From an uncultured Bacilli bacterium (lineage in GTDB: Bacteria; Bacillota_I; Bacilli_A; RF39; UBA660): a stretch of DNA of 42,119 bases. The stretch lies in NCBI GenBank assembly GCA_947628985.1, contig CANRCA010000002.1:1-42119 (forward strand). Reading direction: 5' to 3'. Every line of letters starts with the position of its first letter. Position 1 is the first letter of the stretch. The notes beneath the pieces are model-generated. The model ran no database searches. It saw only the letters and a list, made by a program, of their open reading frames with translations, and had not been told where the DNA came from. Made by a program: the position numbers and the translations under genes. Shown here one piece after another: positions 1-9,514 of the stretch.

Positions 1-522
1 TGTTCCTAGTACTGGATCTGCTCCATGTAATTCACTATCTACATATTTTGTTTTTACTTCTTCTCCTTCTTCTATTGATGTTCCATCACATGCTGTTAAT
101 CCTACTCCTTCTTGTCTTGTTTCACTTTTTATTTTCTTATTACTTTTACTATTTCCTATATCATCTCTTTTTATATCACTTGCATTTGTTTTTATAATTT
201 GGTAATTATTATCCATTACTTGTATACTTGTAATTTTTCCATCTTGAGATAATTGTACCTTATATTTTAGATTACTTTTAGCGTCTATATCTAATGGATT
301 AGATACATTATCAAAACATGTTTTATTATTATTTGTTAATGAATTTGTTACATAGGCCTGCTCTGATGCTCTTAATATATTTTGTACTTCATTTACAAAT
401 ACATTTTCTCTTGCATTCCTATATAAATTTAATATATTTGGTATTGCTATTAAAACTAGTATTGCTAAGATTGCAATAACAGCTAATAATTCTACCAATG
501 TAAATCCATTTTTCTTTTTCAT
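1..522 (-). CDS. Modular type IV pilin-like protein, N-terminal 174 codons only (gene runs off the window start); paralog of 20069..22339
   Basis: Absent from the ORF track because no stop lies in the window. Manual translation of the - strand from ATG 522..520: MKKKNGFTLVELLAVIAILAILVLIAIPNILNLYRNARENVF... This is a prepilin class III signal (G/FTLVE) plus a hydrophobic helix. It is collinear without indels with aa 1-155 of 20069..22339, then diverges (EEGEE/VKTKYVDSELHGADPVLGT). RBS gaaggag lies upstream. Confidence 0.8.
   Translation of the reverse strand, partial: MKKKNGFTLVELLAVIAILAILVLIAIPNILNLYRNARENVFVNEVQNILRASEQAYVTNSLTNNNKTCFDNVSNPLDIDAKSNLKYKVQLSQDGKITSIQVMDNNYQIIKTNASDIKRDDIGNSKSNKKIKSETRQEGVGLTACDGTSIEEGEEVKTKYVDSELHGADPVLGT
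61..177. repeat. Near-identical 117-nt block shared with 21878..21994 (linker of the two pilin paralogs)
   Basis: Direct comparison at constant offset 21817 gives 2 mismatches in 117 nt by my reading. The flanking pilin-core DNA is visibly more diverged, and sequence below position 61 is unrelated. Confidence 0.85.
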
Positions 523-557
523 ATATAATACACTCCTTCATCTACGCTACTAAGAAA

Positions 558-584
558 ATTATATATATATATATGAAAAGTCAA
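558..584 (-). promoter_or_regulatory. Putative sigma-A type promoter of the truncated pilin paralog with a (TA)n tract in the spacer
   Basis: The - strand reads TTGACT (584..579), a 15-nt spacer, then TATAAT (563..558). The spacer and -10 are built from the tract tatatatatatatat at 560..574. The leader carries a gaaggag RBS before ATG 522. Confidence 0.4.
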
Positions 585-621
585 GAAAAATCGCTTGTTT
601 TGAAATGAAATTTGACATAAC

Positions 622-646
622 AAAAAAAAGAAAGTTTTCACTTTCT
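622..646 (-). terminator. Hairpin plus T-run, homologous to the terminator downstream of 20069..22339
   Basis: The - strand reads agaaag-tgaaaa-ctttct followed by tttttttt. The sequence and flanks (ttttcactttctat..atattttt) resemble 20032..20068. Confidence 0.45.
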
Positions 647-685
647 ATCTAATATTTTTTATATCACTTTTTTAATAAAAGTCAA

Positions 686-720
686 TTAAAAAGACTGACA
701 GACCGAAGTCTTTGTCAGCT
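686..720 (-). terminator. Rho-independent terminator of the rpsP-KH operon
   Basis: The - strand reads gctgacaaagac-ttcg-gtctgtcagtc followed by ttttt. The stem is G/C-containing with a UUCG loop, about 60 nt after the KH stop. Confidence 0.75.
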
Positions 721-776
721 CTAAACTCAAATGTATTGTATAATATTTATTTACGTTTGTCAATACCCTTTATCAT

Positions 777-1019
777 TTAAAATGAATCTATATTTACTTT
801 TACTTTATTTTTTCCATCATTGTAAGCTTTTGCTTGTATTAATGTTTTAATACTATTAGCTATTTTTCCTTTTTTACCAATAACACGACCCATATCACTT
901 TCTGATACTATTATTTCAATTACGTCTTCATCATCAGTATTAAATTCTTGTACTTTTACTAAATCAGAATCTTTAACTAATTTTTTAACAATTAATTCTG
1001 AAAATTCTACCAAATTCAT
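777..1019 (-). CDS. KH-domain RNA-binding protein (YlqC/UPF0109 type)
   Basis: 80 aa with the KH core motif VIGKKGKIANSIKTLI. It sits in the conserved position immediately after rpsP, and its start overlaps the rpsP stop (TAATG). Confidence 0.85.
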   Translation of the reverse strand: MNLVEFSELIVKKLVKDSDLVKVQEFNTDDEDVIEIIVSESDMGRVIGKKGKIANSIKTLIQAKAYNDGKNKVKVNIDSF

Positions 1020-1288
1020 TATTTATTTTTTTTAGAATTATGGAATTCTTCCATAACACCTACTTCACTTAAAATATTTTTAGCTGTATCTGTAGGTTGA
1101 GCTCCTTCTTTAAGCCATTTTAATGCAGATTCTTTATTAACTTTATATTTATCTGCTTCTAATGGCATATAAGTTCCAATAGATTCAATTACATTTCCAT
1201 CTCTTTTAGATCTAGAATCAGCTACTACTAAACGATAGTAAGGTCTTTTTTTAGCACCCATTCTTTTAAGTCTAATTTTAACTGCCAT
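1019..1288 (-). CDS. rpsP: 30S ribosomal protein S16
   Basis: [31 protein letters not shown] is the canonical bS16 N-terminus. I chose the internal ATG at 1288, preceded by aaaggag, rather than the 118-aa track ORF starting at 1375. Confidence 0.95.
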   Translation of the reverse strand: MAVKIRLKRMGAKKRPYYRLVVADSRSKRDGNVIESIGTYMPLEADKYKVNKESALKWLKEGAQPTDTAKNILSEVGVMEEFHNSKKNK

Positions 1289-1313
1289 AAAAATATCTCC
1301 TTTCTTTTTTATA

Positions 1314-1342
1314 ATATTACAATAAAAAAAAAGATATGTCAA
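1314..1342 (-). promoter_or_regulatory. Putative promoter of rpsP
   Basis: The - strand reads TTGACA (1342..1337), a 17-nt spacer, then TAATAT (1319..1314), between the tagH stop and the rpsP RBS. Confidence 0.5.
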
Positions 1343-1367
1343 CCTTTTTTTGTTTACACATCTATTT

Positions 1368-2105
1368 TTATGCATTTTCTCTCATAAATTCTTCATATTC
1401 AGCCATTATTTTTTCTGGTTTACCTTCTTTTTTAATAAGGCCATCATGTAACCATATAACTCTATCACATAAATCAACTAAAGTATTTGTACTATGAGAA
1501 ACAATTACAACTGTTCTATTTGAATCACTTATTAACTCTTTCATTTTATTATAACTTTTTTCTTTAAAATGTATATCTCCTACACTTAATACTTCATCTA
1601 TTAACATAATATCTGTTTCTAAAATTGCTGTTATTGAAAATGCTAATTTTGAATACATTCCACTTGAATAGCTTCTAACAGGTCTATTAATAGCGTCCCC
1701 TAATTCAGAAAATTCTATAATATCGTTTATTTTTTCATCTATTTGTTCTTTATTATATCCAAGTAGCATACCTGATAAATAAATATTTTCATAACCTGTT
1801 AATTGTTTTTGAAAACCTACTCCAATTGAAAGTAAAGATATAGAGTTTCCATGTAAATTAATACTTCCTTTATCTGGAGAAAATATTCCAGAAATTGCTC
1901 TTAATAATGTAGATTTACCACTACCATTTTTACCACAAATTCCAAGTATTTCCCCTTTAGGTACTTCAAAAGTTACTCCTTTAACAGCCTTGAAAATCTT
2001 TCCACTACCTTTATTTTTGAATCCTTTTTTTAATGAAAAACGATTCATATCTCTATAATACACATGTAAATCATTTACACTAATTGCAATTTCTTTATTT
2101 TTCAT
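1368..2105 (-). CDS. tagH: Teichoic acid/polysaccharide export ABC transporter, ATP-binding subunit (short TagH type)
   Basis: Walker [12 protein letters not shown], signature YSSGM, Walker [16 protein letters not shown] overlap with the upstream ABC-2 permease. Lies within the tag cluster. Confidence 0.85.
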   Translation of the reverse strand: MKNKEIAISVNDLHVYYRDMNRFSLKKGFKNKGSGKIFKAVKGVTFEVPKGEILGICGKNGSGKSTLLRAISGIFSPDKGSINLHGNSISLLSIGVGFQKQLTGYENIYLSGMLLGYNKEQIDEKINDIIEFSELGDAINRPVRSYSSGMYSKLAFSITAILETDIMLIDEVLSVGDIHFKEKSYNKMKELISDSNRTVVIVSHSTNTLVDLCDRVIWLHDGLIKKEGKPEKIMAEYEEFMRENA

Positions 2106-2890
2106 TTCATCACCTTCACATATGTATTTTCATATTTATAAATAGTTTTAATACCAAGAACAGAAATTAATACACCTACTATAAACCATATTAATGTCCA
2201 CATTCCCACTATTCCACTTTTATATATTAATACATTTCTTAAATTATATATAATATTTGCTATTGGATTTAAATCAAGTAATATTGTTCTATAAACAACA
2301 TTATGAATTCTTGTACTTAAATCATAGAAAACTCCAGTTAAATAAAATATCATTCTAAGAGCAATATTTACTAAATTACTTAAATCTTCTGCAAAAACTC
2401 CAAAATGTAAAATGAATGTACAAACTCCAAATGTAAATACAATTAATGTTAATATAATTGGGAAGAACCATAATACATTCCATGTAATTGGTACCTTATA
2501 GAATATCATAAATAAAATTACTAATAAGAATGAAACAAACATTTTAAATAAGTTTACTCCCATTTTTACCAATAATAATACAAACTTAGGTAAATATACT
2601 TTAGTAACAGTATCTCTATTTGTACTTACAAGTTTTACACTTACAACTACCATTTTATTAAAGAAATTCCACGCACTAAGTCCAATAAATACAAATATTG
2701 GATAGTATTCTACATTTGATTTAAATACAACTGCTCCAATAAACATATAAATAAACATAAAAGCAAGAGGTTCTAGTATCATCCATAACCATCCTAAATA
2801 TGAATTTATTACTTCAGTTTTTAACTCTGCTTTTGTTGCATATAAAATATAATTTTTATATTTTTTTAAATCTTTTATAAATCTTTTCAT
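2102..2890 (-). CDS. tagG: Teichoic acid export ABC-2 type permease
   Basis: Six-TM ABC-2 permease-like hydrophobic profile, coupled to tagH. I chose the start at MKRFIKDL (ATG 2890) because GGGAG lies 5 nt upstream. The track start at 2902 lacks an RBS. Confidence 0.8.
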   Translation of the reverse strand: MKRFIKDLKKYKNYILYATKAELKTEVINSYLGWLWMILEPLAFMFIYMFIGAVVFKSNVEYYPIFVFIGLSAWNFFNKMVVVSVKLVSTNRDTVTKVYLPKFVLLLVKMGVNLFKMFVSFLLVILFMIFYKVPITWNVLWFFPIILTLIVFTFGVCTFILHFGVFAEDLSNLVNIALRMIFYLTGVFYDLSTRIHNVVYRTILLDLNPIANIIYNLRNVLIYKSGIVGMWTLIWFIVGVLISVLGIKTIYKYENTYVKVMK

Positions 2891-2947
2891 AAAGACTCCC
2901 ATCTCATAAATTTTATCATATAAATTTTATTTTGTAAAATTTATGTT

Positions 2948-3904
2948 CTATTTTTTTATATAACCTCTTATATATGGGATTATTACCCAATAAGTAATAC
3001 TAAAATGTTTACTTTTAATATGAGTATCAAAATAAAAATTTTCTTTCCATAAGCTATCAAATTTATTTAAAAATTTATATGAATCTTTTATAAATTTATA
3101 TTTTCTAAATAATAATCTAAATTTTACGTTAGTCCTAAATCTTACAAAGGTATGTTTAATAGCCAAAAAAGTTAAATACTTTTGTGGTATATAATTATTG
3201 TAATATTTTTTTAATTCATTCATAACATCAAATAATTGATTATATTTTTTAGAAAATCCTTGTGTTACTGAACTTTCATCATCTCTTAATCTATAATAAT
3301 ATAATGGTTCAAATACTTTAACTATTTTATTTGCATGTTTAAATGCTTTATATGTAAATAATAAATCTTCAAATATAGTATAATTTTCAAAACTTATTTT
3401 ATTTTTATCTATTAATTCTTTTTTAAAAATATGAAGCCAACAATAAGAAGCAGATTCACATAAAATATTTGGTTTTTTTAATATATTTGAATCAAATACA
3501 TCATTATTTTTTACTTTTAATGATTCAATTTTTCCATTATATACTTTATTGTAACCACATTCAACAATATCAGCATTTTCATTAATAGCTTTATTATATA
3601 GTTTTAAGAACATACTATTTGATACATAATCATCACTATCTACAAATCCTATATATTCACCTTGTGCCATACTAAGGCCTATATTTCTAGCATTACTAAC
3701 TCCTTTATTAGGAATAGATTTATATTTTAAAATTTTAGGATGTTTTTTATTAAATTCTTTTATAATATCCAAACTATTATCAGTTGATCCATCATCAATA
3801 ACAATAATTTCATAATCTTTAATAGTTTGTTTTAATAATGAATTTAAACATTCTTTTAAATATTTTGATGTATTATAAACTGGTACTATTATACTTAATT
3901 TCAT
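2948..3904 (-). CDS. Family 2 glycosyltransferase
   Basis: N-terminus LSIIVPVYNTSKYLKECLNSLLKQT...IIVIDDGSTDNS plus a DSDD motif, typical of GT-A/GT2. Confidence 0.8.
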   Translation of the reverse strand: MKLSIIVPVYNTSKYLKECLNSLLKQTIKDYEIIVIDDGSTDNSLDIIKEFNKKHPKILKYKSIPNKGVSNARNIGLSMAQGEYIGFVDSDDYVSNSMFLKLYNKAINENADIVECGYNKVYNGKIESLKVKNNDVFDSNILKKPNILCESASYCWLHIFKKELIDKNKISFENYTIFEDLLFTYKAFKHANKIVKVFEPLYYYRLRDDESSVTQGFSKKYNQLFDVMNELKKYYNNYIPQKYLTFLAIKHTFVRFRTNVKFRLLFRKYKFIKDSYKFLNKFDSLWKENFYFDTHIKSKHFSITYWVIIPYIRGYIKK

Positions 3905-3914
3905 ATTTCCTACC

Positions 3915-6536
3915 TTATTTTAATTTTAATATTTCTTTATATACTCTTTCGCAATTATTATGGTCAGTATATTTAAATGTATTTTCTATTCTTTTAATAT
4001 ATTTTTGAGGATTTTTACAATCATTTTTAATTAAATTAATTATTTCATTTTTTAAAGAATCATAATCATAAACTACTTTTCCAAAACCATCTTTTTCATG
4101 ATTAAAATATCCTTTATTACAAATATGTCCTTTATAAAATTCTTCTTTATCAAAATGATTATAAATTAATGGCTTTTTTAAATATGCAAAATCATAAGAT
4201 ATAGATGAATAATCTGTAACTAATAAATCATTATGATTAAATTCATATTGGTAATTAGGATTTTCTATTATTTCTACATATTCATTTAATTTAAAATCTT
4301 TTAATTGATTTTTTAAACTATAATGTAAGAAAAATTTAATTTTATAATTATATTTTTTCAATATATTTATAAATTCTATATCATTAAATAATTTATTATA
4401 AAATTTATAATAATTTGAATTAATAAAATTTGGATTATATAAACGTTCTTGTTCACCTGGTTTAATTTGAGGTGCAAGGTATGCTCTCCATGTTGGAGCA
4501 ATTAATATTGAATGATACTTTTTATCTTTATTAGTTAAATAATCATATCTAGGAAATCCAGTTAATTTTACTACATTTTTATCATATCCATATTTTGGAT
4601 CATTAATAATTGATTGATATTCTATATTTAAAGTTGTAATAAACATATCAAATGGTAAGTTATGTTTATTTAACCAATCTGACATATCATTTCCTGTAAT
4701 TCCATGTTGTAAAAATATAAATTTAAAATTTAATAAATTTGACATATAATCATTAGATTTTCCAAAACAAGAATAAACAAATTTATCAGCATGAGATGAA
4801 ATAATTTTATCACATAATGTAAACATTACTTTATATTTAAAAGTATCAAAATTTAATACTTTAGCAAATGCAGAAATTCTTTTTTCATCAACAGATCCTT
4901 TATTAATAGCATAATAAAATTTAATATTTTTATTATTTACTTTATTTAAATATTTAAGAAAGGCTTCTGCATTATCACCTGCTTTATCTTTTCTATCACA
5001 TAAAATCCATATTTCTTTTTTACCTTTAAACATTTTAGCAAGTAAACAAGCATTTCTATAAATTAATGATTTTAATTTATTTGTTTTTAATAAATATATC
5101 TGTAATTTTATTTCACTTATAAATTTTCCTTTTCTTGAAATTATAATATTTCCATTATCTAAACATATATTATATTTACCAATTTGTCTATAAGCATTTT
5201 TAAAATTCCCCATTCTAGCCCAATAACTAAATTCTGGTGTTAATTTTATATTTTTATTTTTATATTTTATATAAAAAGATAGGTTATCATTTTTATTTAA
5301 AGGAATTTCACAATTAAATTCTAAATCATTTTCTGAATCATTTATAATAGTTTTATTACTAAAAAATAAACGTTTTGTTAATTTTAATTCTGTTTCTTTT
5401 CCATTTAAATTGTAGTAAGCTTTAATATTTTTATTATAAATTAATGGTATAAATCCATTTATTAATAATTTATTTTCTTTTATCTTTAATGAACTAATAT
5501 TAATTTCTAATAAATAATTTTCATTATCTAAAAAATTTATTATTCTATCAAGTGCTTCTTTTTCTGTATAACCTTTTTTTATTAAGCATATTTCTTTATT
5601 TATCCATTTTAAATTATGTTGCATTAAAATTATATTATCATTCATTTCATTTATTAATTCTAAAGAATTTTTAATATATTGTTCTTTTTCTTCTAAAGTT
5701 AAATTTTGTACTCTATCTAAATTTGTTCCTAATCTAAATTGATAATCATACATAATATAATATAGAACATAATTTTTTAATATTGGAAATTCTTTTTTAC
5801 ATTTTTCTAATATATATTTATATGATAACTCTACAGTTTGAATATACCAATCAGGTTTAAAATCTTTACTTTGAATAGCAGAGTTACCTTCTTTTCTTTT
5901 TCTATATAAATGAAGTGATGATGAAATTAATCCTAATTTTGTATTTTTAAATTTAATAAATAATTCACATAAATATTTGGCATCTTCACTATATTTAATT
6001 CGCTTATCAAATTTTATTGATTTTGAGACATCAGTTTTTATAAATGCACTTGTTACACTTAATTGAACGTAATCAAAATGTTTTGTAATATCATATATTC
6101 CATCTTTATTATTTTCAAATTTATAGTTCATAGAACTAGCATAAGATTTTGAAGCTTCAAAAAATTTTTGTCTAACTCCAATTACTAACAAATCTTTATC
6201 ACTTAAAAATAAATTATATGCTTTCTTAAAAACATCTTTTTCCCATTTATCATCACTATCTAAAAAATTTATATATTTACCAGTTGCTACTTCTAATCCT
6301 TTATTACGAGCTGTTGATACTCCTGAGTTTTTTTGTCTAATATAAATTACATTATCATATTTTTCTTTATATTTTAAACAAATCTCTTCACTATTATCAG
6401 TTGAACCATCATTTACTAATATTAATTCTATATTTTTAAATCCTATAGTTTGATTTATAACACTTATAATAGTTTCATCTAAATATTTAGCACAATTATA
6501 TATAGGAATTACAACTGAAAATAAATATTTCCTCAT
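3915..6536 (-). CDS. Bifunctional GT2 glycosyltransferase / CDP-glycerol glycerophosphotransferase (TagF family)
   Basis: N-terminal GT2 signature (FSVVIPIYNCAKYLDETIISVINQT, LVNDGSTDNS, LDSDD). The C-terminal half carries TagB/F hallmarks (IAPTWR, FLQHG, VTDYSSISYDFAYLKKPLIY). Confidence 0.8.
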   Translation of the reverse strand: MRKYLFSVVIPIYNCAKYLDETIISVINQTIGFKNIELILVNDGSTDNSEEICLKYKEKYDNVIYIRQKNSGVSTARNKGLEVATGKYINFLDSDDKWEKDVFKKAYNLFLSDKDLLVIGVRQKFFEASKSYASSMNYKFENNKDGIYDITKHFDYVQLSVTSAFIKTDVSKSIKFDKRIKYSEDAKYLCELFIKFKNTKLGLISSSLHLYRKRKEGNSAIQSKDFKPDWYIQTVELSYKYILEKCKKEFPILKNYVLYYIMYDYQFRLGTNLDRVQNLTLEEKEQYIKNSLELINEMNDNIILMQHNLKWINKEICLIKKGYTEKEALDRIINFLDNENYLLEINISSLKIKENKLLINGFIPLIYNKNIKAYYNLNGKETELKLTKRLFFSNKTIINDSENDLEFNCEIPLNKNDNLSFYIKYKNKNIKLTPEFSYWARMGNFKNAYRQIGKYNICLDNGNIIISRKGKFISEIKLQIYLLKTNKLKSLIYRNACLLAKMFKGKKEIWILCDRKDKAGDNAEAFLKYLNKVNNKNIKFYYAINKGSVDEKRISAFAKVLNFDTFKYKVMFTLCDKIISSHADKFVYSCFGKSNDYMSNLLNFKFIFLQHGITGNDMSDWLNKHNLPFDMFITTLNIEYQSIINDPKYGYDKNVVKLTGFPRYDYLTNKDKKYHSILIAPTWRAYLAPQIKPGEQERLYNPNFINSNYYKFYNKLFNDIEFINILKKYNYKIKFFLHYSLKNQLKDFKLNEYVEIIENPNYQYEFNHNDLLVTDYSSISYDFAYLKKPLIYNHFDKEEFYKGHICNKGYFNHEKDGFGKVVYDYDSLKNEIINLIKNDCKNPQKYIKRIENTFKYTDHNNCERVYKEILKLK

Positions 6537-6601
6537 AACTCACCTCTTTTTTTGCTTAATAAAAGCATATATTTATATTATGCTTTTATTATTATTTTTT
6601 A

Positions 6602-7060
6602 TTAATTGTTGTTATTTTTTTTTACTAATTTAGGTGTTGGAATTTGATCTACACCATTTAATTGATTTTGTAGTTTTAAATCTTCTTTTATTTTTGTAGT
6701 TGATATTCCTTCTGTTCTTTCTAAGTAAACTAAATCGCAATAATCTCTTAAATATTCAAATTTTTCACTTCCTGCCCAATCACTACCCATAACTACTATA
6801 TCTACTTGATATTTTTCTACATCATTTATTTTTTGTTCCCAGTTTTCTTCAGGTATTACTAAATCGACATATCTTACAGCTTCTAACATTTTTTTTCTTG
6901 TTTCATAATTGTGATAAGTTTTTTTACCTTTAAGTTCATTAAATTCTTCTGTTGATAAAGCAACTATCAAATAATCTCCTAAGGCTTTTGCTCTTTGTAA
7001 TAATCTAATGTGTCCATAATGTAATAAATCAAACGTTCCATATGTAAGTACTCTTATCAT
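6602..7060 (-). CDS. tagD: Glycerol-3-phosphate cytidylyltransferase
   Basis: MIRVLTYGTFDLLHYGHIRLLQRAKALGDYLIVALSTEEFN...RTEGISTTKIKE is collinear with B. subtilis TagD, including the HxGH motif. Confidence 0.93.
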   Translation of the reverse strand: MIRVLTYGTFDLLHYGHIRLLQRAKALGDYLIVALSTEEFNELKGKKTYHNYETRKKMLEAVRYVDLVIPEENWEQKINDVEKYQVDIVVMGSDWAGSEKFEYLRDYCDLVYLERTEGISTTKIKEDLKLQNQLNGVDQIPTPKLVKKNNNN

Positions 7061-7074
7061 AAAAACTTCCTTTC

Positions 7075-8328
7075 TTAATCTTTAATTATAATATCTAATA
7101 CTCTTTTACTAGCATTAGCATCATCTAAATAATTAAATTTTTTATTAAATTTTTCATATTTATTTTTATAATTTTCATAATATTTATCAATATTACTAAT
7201 TTCATTATATAATTTTTCTTCTGTTTTAACAATAGGTCCTGGTAATTCATCTAAATCTATATAAAAATCTCTCATATTATTTTTATAATCATCAAAATCA
7301 TACATATAATATAATATTGGTTTCTTTAAATTAGCATAATCAAAGAAAACACTTGAATAATCTGTAATTAATATATCTCCCAATATATATAAATCATTGA
7401 TATCATCATAATTTGATACATCTATAATAAAACCTTTATATTTAGATAAATCTATTGAAGAAGATACTAAATAATGAGTTCTAAATAATATAACGTAATC
7501 CTTTTCAAATTTTTTTCTAAATTTATCAAAATCAATTCCTAATTTATAAGTATATCCCACACCTACTTTATATTGATCATCTCTCCATGTTGGAGCATAT
7601 AATATAATTTTTTTATCTTTAGGTATATTTAATTTTTTCTTTAAACTATCTACATATTTAGAATCATATTTAAATAAAGCATCATTTCTTGGATATCCTT
7701 GTTCTATAATACATTTTTCTTTTCCAATTTCTTTTAAATTAAATGCACTTATAAATTTTTCAGTACAAAATCTTGAAGGTGATAACATATATTTATATCT
7801 TCTAGCATCATATTCATAAGTATTTTTCCATTCTTTAACACTTTTAGTTGCATTTTTACCTTTAACTTTAATATCAAATCCTAATCTTTTAAGTGGTGTT
7901 CCATGCCAACATTGAGTATATACTTGATTTTCTTTTGGTTTTAAATAATCAGGAAGTCTAGAAGGTGTAAACCAATATTTTGCTTTTGCATATGTTTTTT
8001 TATATTCTACTGAATTATATTTAACTATAGTTGTTCTATCATTTTTTTCTAAATATTTAAAATCTTCTGGATTTCTAAATGCCCATACAAATTTATAATC
8101 TTTATATTTTTTATTATTTAACATTTCTAAATATAATGCTTTTGGACTATCACAATACTTTCTTCCATTAAAAGATTCAAAAACACATAGTTTATCATCA
8201 ACATTATATTTTTTATAATATTTTTTATATTCATGAGATTGTTTTAATAAATTAACTTTATATGCGATTGGTCTTAATATTGGATTTCTTAAAGCAATAC
8301 CTTTAATAACTTTTACTACTTTACTCAT
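7075..8328 (-). CDS. CDP-glycerol glycerophosphotransferase family protein (TagB/TagF)
   Basis: Motifs QCWHGTPLK, YAPTWRDD and ITDYSSVFFDYANLKKPILYYMYD. Confidence 0.8.
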   Translation of the reverse strand: MSKVVKVIKGIALRNPILRPIAYKVNLLKQSHEYKKYYKKYNVDDKLCVFESFNGRKYCDSPKALYLEMLNNKKYKDYKFVWAFRNPEDFKYLEKNDRTTIVKYNSVEYKKTYAKAKYWFTPSRLPDYLKPKENQVYTQCWHGTPLKRLGFDIKVKGKNATKSVKEWKNTYEYDARRYKYMLSPSRFCTEKFISAFNLKEIGKEKCIIEQGYPRNDALFKYDSKYVDSLKKKLNIPKDKKIILYAPTWRDDQYKVGVGYTYKLGIDFDKFRKKFEKDYVILFRTHYLVSSSIDLSKYKGFIIDVSNYDDINDLYILGDILITDYSSVFFDYANLKKPILYYMYDFDDYKNNMRDFYIDLDELPGPIVKTEEKLYNEISNIDKYYENYKNKYEKFNKKFNYLDDANASKRVLDIIIKD

Positions 8329-9442
8329 GATTCACCTCTTTCAAATTATTTATAATTAAACTAACTATTTTCTTTGTAGATGTTCCATCTTGAACATCAA
8401 TATATTTATCTTTATATCTTTTTAATATATTCATATCGTATTTATCTTTAGATAAAAAATCAGATAATTCTGATGCGTTTTCAAACACACAACCTTTCAT
8501 TTCTTTATATAAATCTATATTTAATCCATTTTCTTTCTTATATTTATCATAATCATATACATAATATAAAGTTTTTTTATTTATACTTGCTGCTTCAATA
8601 GCAATTGCTGAATAATCTGTAATAACATAATCACTTACACAAAGTAATTCCAAAGCACTAAATTCATCACAAGTATAAACTTCTTTATTTAATTTTAAAT
8701 CTTGATTAGCATGAGATTTAATTATTAAATTAAATTTATTTTTATCTATACTATTTATAAGATCTAATGTATTATCACTTTCATAATTTCTAAAAGTTGG
8801 AGCATATAATATATTTTTTTTATTTTTAAGTTCTTTATATTGTTTTAAAATTTTATTTTTAATTTCATCTTCATTATTAATTAAATAATCTATTCTTGGT
8901 AATCCATAATTCAAAAAAGATGATTCATCATATCCAAATGCTAAAGCAAAATATTTAGTCATTTCTTTACTTCCTGAAATTATGTAATCATAATTAGCAT
9001 GAATATTTAAAATTTTTGATGTCTTTTTATCTCTTCCTAAATTATATGATAATGATTGACAACCAAATTTTTTAATAGCACCCATTGAATGCCATATTTG
9101 AATAATTTTTAATGATTTTTTATGTTTTACAGAAGATACAGCTATAGTAAAAGAATCTGTTACACATACTTTAGCATTAGCAAGATTAGATAAACACTTT
9201 AAAGTATAAATAACATTACCTAAAATACCATCAGAAAATTTAACTATTCTTCTACATAAAAATACGCATTCAATATTTTTATTTTCTTTTAATAATTCTT
9301 TTTCTAATAATTCAAAATCTAATGTTTTTTTATTACTTAATCTACTTATAAAAACAACTTTATTATAATTAGTTTTTTTTATTTTCATAAAAGTATAAAC
9401 AAAATTACATGTAAATTTAATTATATAATTAATAAAACTCAT
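8321..9442 (-). CDS. CDP-glycerol glycerophosphotransferase family protein (TagB-like primase candidate)
   Basis: Motifs IWHSMGAIKKFG, YAPTFR and ITDYSAIAIEAASINKKTLYYVYD. It has an 8-nt overlap with the downstream tagF-like gene and an aggagg RBS. Confidence 0.75.
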   Translation of the reverse strand: MSFINYIIKFTCNFVYTFMKIKKTNYNKVVFISRLSNKKTLDFELLEKELLKENKNIECVFLCRRIVKFSDGILGNVIYTLKCLSNLANAKVCVTDSFTIAVSSVKHKKSLKIIQIWHSMGAIKKFGCQSLSYNLGRDKKTSKILNIHANYDYIISGSKEMTKYFALAFGYDESSFLNYGLPRIDYLINNEDEIKNKILKQYKELKNKKNILYAPTFRNYESDNTLDLINSIDKNKFNLIIKSHANQDLKLNKEVYTCDEFSALELLCVSDYVITDYSAIAIEAASINKKTLYYVYDYDKYKKENGLNIDLYKEMKGCVFENASELSDFLSKDKYDMNILKRYKDKYIDVQDGTSTKKIVSLIINNLKEVNHE

Positions 9443-9514
9443 TCTACCTCCTGAATTATCTAAATTAATTATATAATATTATACTAATTATATCAAGTTT
9501 TAAAAAAGCCAATG

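Noticed and set aside
735-763. Perfect-looking - strand promoter TTGACA-17-TACAAT between the KH stop and its terminator, plus a + strand TGTATAAT at 737..744
   Set aside because: It would fire straight into the terminator about 20 nt downstream, producing at most a transcript of about 40 nt. The + strand element would only make antisense RNA to the KH gene. Both are most likely chance matches in AT-rich DNA. dRNA-seq could overturn this.
1289-1375. N-terminal 29-codon extension of the rpsP ORF in the track ([29 protein letters not shown])
   Set aside because: bS16 universally starts MAVKIRL. The internal ATG at 1288 has an aaaggag RBS, and the extension overlaps a good promoter and the tagH stop.
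6558-6590. 12-bp A/T-rich inverted repeat (aataaaagcata...tatgcttttatt) between tagD and the GT2-TagF gene
   Set aside because: On the coding (-) strand it is not followed by a T-run, and it lies inside an obviously co-transcribed cluster. It is at best an mRNA stability or processing hairpin, so I do not call it a terminator.
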